Source: Gemmatimonadota bacterium (lineage in GTDB: Bacteria > Gemmatimonadota > Gemmatimonadetes > Palauibacterales > Palauibacteraceae). From it: DNA of 64,000 nt. Below, piece by piece: positions 60,524 to 64,000 of this stretch (positions are counted from its first letter, which is position 1; each line of letters begins with the position of its first letter). The stretch covers positions 1,472,001 to 1,536,000 of the forward strand of contig OZ220691.1 in assembly GCA_965116475.1 (NCBI GenBank). Reading direction: 5' to 3'. A program made the position numbers and the translations under genes. The notes beneath the pieces were generated by a model. The model saw only the letters and a program-made list of their open reading frames with translations, was not told the DNA's origin and did not search any database.

Positions 60524-61279
60524 ATGGGCAGGGGCATCGGAGGACACGAGAACGGGCTGACGGTCGAGGTGCCGGGCGCCGAGGTTCGCGGGGCCGAGGT
60601 TGCGGTCGAAGCGGCGGAGGCGAAGCGGTGTTCCCGGAGGCGGCCGCGGCGGTTCCTTTTCAGGGTCGCACGGTGGGGGGTGACCGCCGTGCTGCTGGCG
60701 GTGCTTCCCTTCATACTGCTCGTTCGTGGGGGCGTCTTCGCGTACCAGCAGTGGGGGCTGGGGGCGTGGTCCTCGCTGGCCGTGTCGGCGGCCGCCACCG
60801 CGCTGCTCCTGGCGTTCTACGGGTGGGTGGTGAGTCGCCGCCTGGGGGCGGGGAAGCGGCTCAGGAAGTTCGTGACCCGGGTCGCGGGGCTCACGGCCGC
60901 CGCGTTCGTGCTCTACTCGCTGGTGGTCATCGCGGGGGGCAACGTGAAGTCGGACGAGGTGCGCGCCGAGTACTCGCGCCTTCATCCCCTGCTGCGGATG
61001 GCCGTGTCGGTCTTCGTCCTGGTCGACGCGGACGCCGTGATCACGGACGCGGCGCGCACGCCGGAGTTCTACGCTCGCGCGGGGCTTCCGGCCAACGAGT
61101 CCTCCCTGCACTTCCCGCAGGACGACGGGTTCGTGCATGCGCTGGATCTTCGCACCATCAACCGGCCGGAATGGCGGAACTTCGCGGCCGAACTCGCGTT
61201 TCGGGCGATGGGCTTCCACACGCTGCGCCACGTGGGCACGGCCGACCATCTGCACGTATCCCTGAGGCCGCCGAACTAG
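60524..61279 (+). CDS. Membrane protein with C-terminal peptidase M15-like Zn domain
   Basis: Three TM segments, then SSLHF...HALDL...DHLHVS. Confidence 0.6.
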   Translation: MGRGIGGHENGLTVEVPGAEVRGAEVAVEAAEAKRCSRRRPRRFLFRVARWGVTAVLLAVLPFILLVRGGVFAYQQWGLGAWSSLAVSAAATALLLAFYGWVVSRRLGAGKRLRKFVTRVAGLTAAAFVLYSLVVIAGGNVKSDEVRAEYSRLHPLLRMAVSVFVLVDADAVITDAARTPEFYARAGLPANESSLHFPQDDGFVHALDLRTINRPEWRNFAAELAFRAMGFHTLRHVGTADHLHVSLRPPN

Positions 61280-61322
61280 CTGTGGATGCCAGGGACAGTG
61301 GCGGCCCTCACGCCGCCATCGG

Positions 61323-62771
61323 TCACGCCGCCATCGGCGTGGTCTCGTACTGTCCCCAGAGGACCCAGAGCGCCCAGTCGAGGTCGAGCGGGTCGCCCAT
61401 CCAGAGGCTCGTCGCCGTCCAGGGGTCTATCCCCTCCTGCCGGTGCCAGTTCCCGAGTCCCGCATCGGCGGTTCGGGGCGCCCTGACGTCCTCGCGTACC
61501 GGAGGTACTGCCGGTACTACGCGCCCGGCCGGATCGCGGAAGCGCGCCGCGCCCGCCTCCCCCATCTCGACGCGCCAGCCGCCCTCGTGCACGGCCCTGT
61601 GATGGAACCGGCACAGGAGGATCAGGTTGTCGAGCTTCGTTTCGCCCCCCTCGGACCAGGGGATGGCGTGATGGGCCTGCGTATGGCGCGAGCCGCAGCC
61701 CGGGAAACGGCAGCCGCCGTCCCTGACGTCGAGCGCCTTGCGCAGCCGCCACCCCACCGTGCGCTGGCGGCGGCCCACGTCCAGCACCGAGCCGTCCCGC
61801 CCGCGCTTCACCTCCACGGTCTCCGCATCGCAGGCCAGGCGCCGGGACGTTCCCGCGGGAACGTGTGAGCCGTCCTCCTTGGCCAGGATCTCGGGGCCGC
61901 CGGCCACGGTGTGGACCACCAGTTGCGCCCTCGCCTCGGCGCGCTCCTCGAGCCACGCCCCGAGCGCGTCGTGTCGCCGCTCCGTCGGACTCGGCCGGAA
62001 CCCGGGCGCGGGCGTGGGCGTCGGCTGGGGCCCGGCCATCGGCCCGGACGTCGGCCCGGACGTCGGCGGGGCCAGCTCCCCCGGGGCGGCGTCGGCCTCA
62101 CGCTCCATGGCGGCGTCGGCCTCGCGCTCCATGGCGCACTCCTGCCGGTGGAGTTCGTCCACGGTGACGTCCAGCGTCTCCACGAGCAGGGCGCCCACCT
62201 CGGGCATGAGCAGGCCACGGACCTCGTACATCCCGTCGGCCGTCATCCGGACCGTCAGGTGACGGCGGGCCGCCATCTCCGACGTCCCGTCCAGCGCCGC
62301 CATGGCGGCCTCCGCGCTCTTCGCCGCCCGCACGAAGCGCTCCACCTGGCTCGCCGTGTGGTGGAGGGCGAACTCGACCAGCCGCGCCTCGTTCTCGGCC
62401 GTGGCCATGCGCGTGAGCGCCCGAACCTTGGACCAGGAGAGCCGCCCCTTCTCCATCTCGGCGGAGGTCAGCGGCAGGTCGGCGAGGCGGCGGGCCGCCC
62501 GCAGCCGCTCGCGGGCCCCGCCGAGGGAGATGCCGGCGCGCCAGTTCAGCCAGTGGGCGCAGGAGCGCCACCCGCTCCAGCGTTCCTCTTCATCGTAGCG
62601 GCGCAGCAGCGTCAGGAGCCGATACTGGGCGGCGTCGATGTGGGCGCACAGCTCGGCGATCTCGTCGCCGACAGGGTCGCCGGCCAAGGCAGCGGGGTGC
62701 GAGGCGGCAGCGGTCGAGTCGGCGGTCGAGTCGGCGGTCGGGTCGGCGGAAGGGTCAGGCGTCTCAGGCAT
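61323..62771 (-). CDS. DUF222 + HNH endonuclease
   Basis: SCAHWL...LSWSKVRALTR; RRLACDA; RDGGCRFPGC...AHH...NLILLCRFHH. Confidence 0.92.
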   Translation of the reverse strand: MPETPDPSADPTADSTADSTAAASHPAALAGDPVGDEIAELCAHIDAAQYRLLTLLRRYDEEERWSGWRSCAHWLNWRAGISLGGARERLRAARRLADLPLTSAEMEKGRLSWSKVRALTRMATAENEARLVEFALHHTASQVERFVRAAKSAEAAMAALDGTSEMAARRHLTVRMTADGMYEVRGLLMPEVGALLVETLDVTVDELHRQECAMEREADAAMEREADAAPGELAPPTSGPTSGPMAGPQPTPTPAPGFRPSPTERRHDALGAWLEERAEARAQLVVHTVAGGPEILAKEDGSHVPAGTSRRLACDAETVEVKRGRDGSVLDVGRRQRTVGWRLRKALDVRDGGCRFPGCGSRHTQAHHAIPWSEGGETKLDNLILLCRFHHRAVHEGGWRVEMGEAGAARFRDPAGRVVPAVPPVREDVRAPRTADAGLGNWHRQEGIDPWTATSLWMGDPLDLDWALWVLWGQYETTPMAA

Positions 62772-62925
62772 GGCGTTCTCATCCGAATCTCAGGGTTCAG
62801 CACCCGCGGGAACGCGGGCGGCCAAGTCAACCGTCGTCACTCCCGGCCCGTTGCCGCGGAAGCACGTCCGGTTGCCGCCGGAGTACCTTGACCTGGCCGC
62901 GCCAGTCATGGATCTTGGGCCTAGT

Positions 62926-62940
62926 TGAGAATGAATCTCA
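62926..62940 (+). promoter_or_regulatory. Fur-box-like 7-1-7 dyad
   Basis: TGAGAAT-G-AATCTCA downstream of TTGACC-N17-GATCTT. Confidence 0.5.
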
Positions 62941-62991
62941 TTCTGGCCGCCCGTGGCAGAGTCCCGCCGTAACGGCCGTAACGGAGGAAGC

Positions 62992-63684
62992 ATGTTCCGC
63001 AGTCGCAACGCAATTCTCGCCCTCTTCATGATTCCGGTGCTGTCGGCCGGCTGTGCGGGGGGCGGCGAGCCGGCGGACTCCGAGCCCGCCGCCGCCGATG
63101 CCGCCGCCGATGCCGCCGCCGCGGCCGGCCTCCTGAACCCGAACCTCGCCACGGAGGACGAACTGGCCGCGGTTCCGGGGATCACGGCGGAGGTGGCCGC
63201 CGTGCTCGTCGACGGCCGGCCCTACCTGCGCGCGGCGGATCTGCACGTGGCGCTGGCGGAGGTGGTCGGGGACGAGGCGGCGCTGGCGGCGTACGGTGGG
63301 CTCTGGCTGCCGATCAACCTCAACGACGTGTCGACCGACGAGATCCTGCTGATTCCGGGCGTGGGGGATCGGATGGCGCACGAGTTCGAGGAGTACCGCC
63401 CCTACGCGGACATGGGCGAGTTCCGCATGGAGATCGGGAAGTACGTGGACGAGGAGGAGGTCGAGCGGCTCGCGCGCTACGTGTACGTTCCGATCGACCT
63501 GAACAGCGCCACCCGCGACGAGATCATGGCGGTGCCGGGGATGAGCGAGCGCATGGCCCACGAGTTCGAGGAGTACCGTCCGTACGCCGACCTGGACCAG
63601 TTCCGGCGCGAGATCGGGAAGTATGTGGACGAGAACGAGGTCGCGCGCTTCGAGCGCTACGTGACGCTGAGCCCGGGCGGATAA
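62992..63684 (+). CDS. Helix-hairpin-helix (ComEA-like) repeat lipoprotein
   Basis: LSAGC lipobox; three N..T.DE...(V/I)PG repeats; duplicated RMAHEFEEYRPYAD...EIGKYVDE. Confidence 0.8.
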   Translation: MFRSRNAILALFMIPVLSAGCAGGGEPADSEPAAADAAADAAAAAGLLNPNLATEDELAAVPGITAEVAAVLVDGRPYLRAADLHVALAEVVGDEAALAAYGGLWLPINLNDVSTDEILLIPGVGDRMAHEFEEYRPYADMGEFRMEIGKYVDEEEVERLARYVYVPIDLNSATRDEIMAVPGMSERMAHEFEEYRPYADLDQFRREIGKYVDENEVARFERYVTLSPGG

Positions 63685-63736
63685 CGGGCGGACGGGGGCG
63701 GCCGGGACTTCCGCGCGGCCGGGCGGCGGCGTTGCG

Positions 63737-64000
63737 ATGATCCGGACCATCGTCTTCTGGCTGCACCTCACGGTGGCGGCGGCGGCCGGGGGGGTCATCC
63801 TGATGCTGGCGGCGACGGGGGCGGTGCTGTCGCTGGAGGAGACGGTGACGGGGCTCGCGGAGCGACGCTACTCCGTGGCGGCGCCGGAAGGTGCCGAACG
63901 GCTGCCTCCGCAGGGGGTCGCGCTGGCGGCGGGGCTCGTGGCGACGTCGCTGAGTTATTCTTCGGATCCGCGCGCGCCCGTGCGCGTCCACGAGGGACAG
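63737..64000 (+). CDS. PepSY-associated TM helix protein (partial)
   Basis: MIRTIVFWLHLTVAAAAGGVILMLAATGAVLS; runs off the window. Confidence 0.75.
   Translation, partial: MIRTIVFWLHLTVAAAAGGVILMLAATGAVLSLEETVTGLAERRYSVAAPEGAERLPPQGVALAAGLVATSLSYSSDPRAPVRVHEGQ

Overview
GC-rich bacterial window. The gene families (giant SwmB/Calx-beta/LRR surface protein, LRR-metallopeptidase lipoproteins, many TA modules, DUF222-HNH) resemble Gemmatimonadota sponge-symbiont genomes; this taxonomy is inference only. Left to right: (1) a >3000-aa repetitive surface protein on the minus strand, missing from the ORF track because it runs off the window; (2) a Cre-like tyrosine recombinase bracketed by a perfect 27-bp inverted pair of lox-like sites, between that gene and a hybrid sensor kinase, a candidate self-inverting switch; (3) two LRR/HELGH lipoproteins, an SLC13 permease, TA modules and an amidohydrolase; (4) a ~15-kb defence island (about 27-42 kb) with a HEAT-repeat nuclease plus M.PvuII-like methylase, a co-oriented run SMODS cyclase - SLATT - two paralogous unknown proteins - SF2 helicase - WYL in which one unrecognised domain appears five times across three genes, IS481, a decayed IS3 and orphan genes; (5) a TA-rich cassette (NYN with structured 5' leader, DUF433, hicAB, higBA) interleaved with duplicated fragments of neighbouring genes; (6) metabolic and accessory genes, an erm-like pseudogene with a possible attenuator, vapBC and DUF222-HNH. 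No rRNA, tRNA or CRISPR array was seen. All family assignments are by-eye motif recognition; no searches were run.
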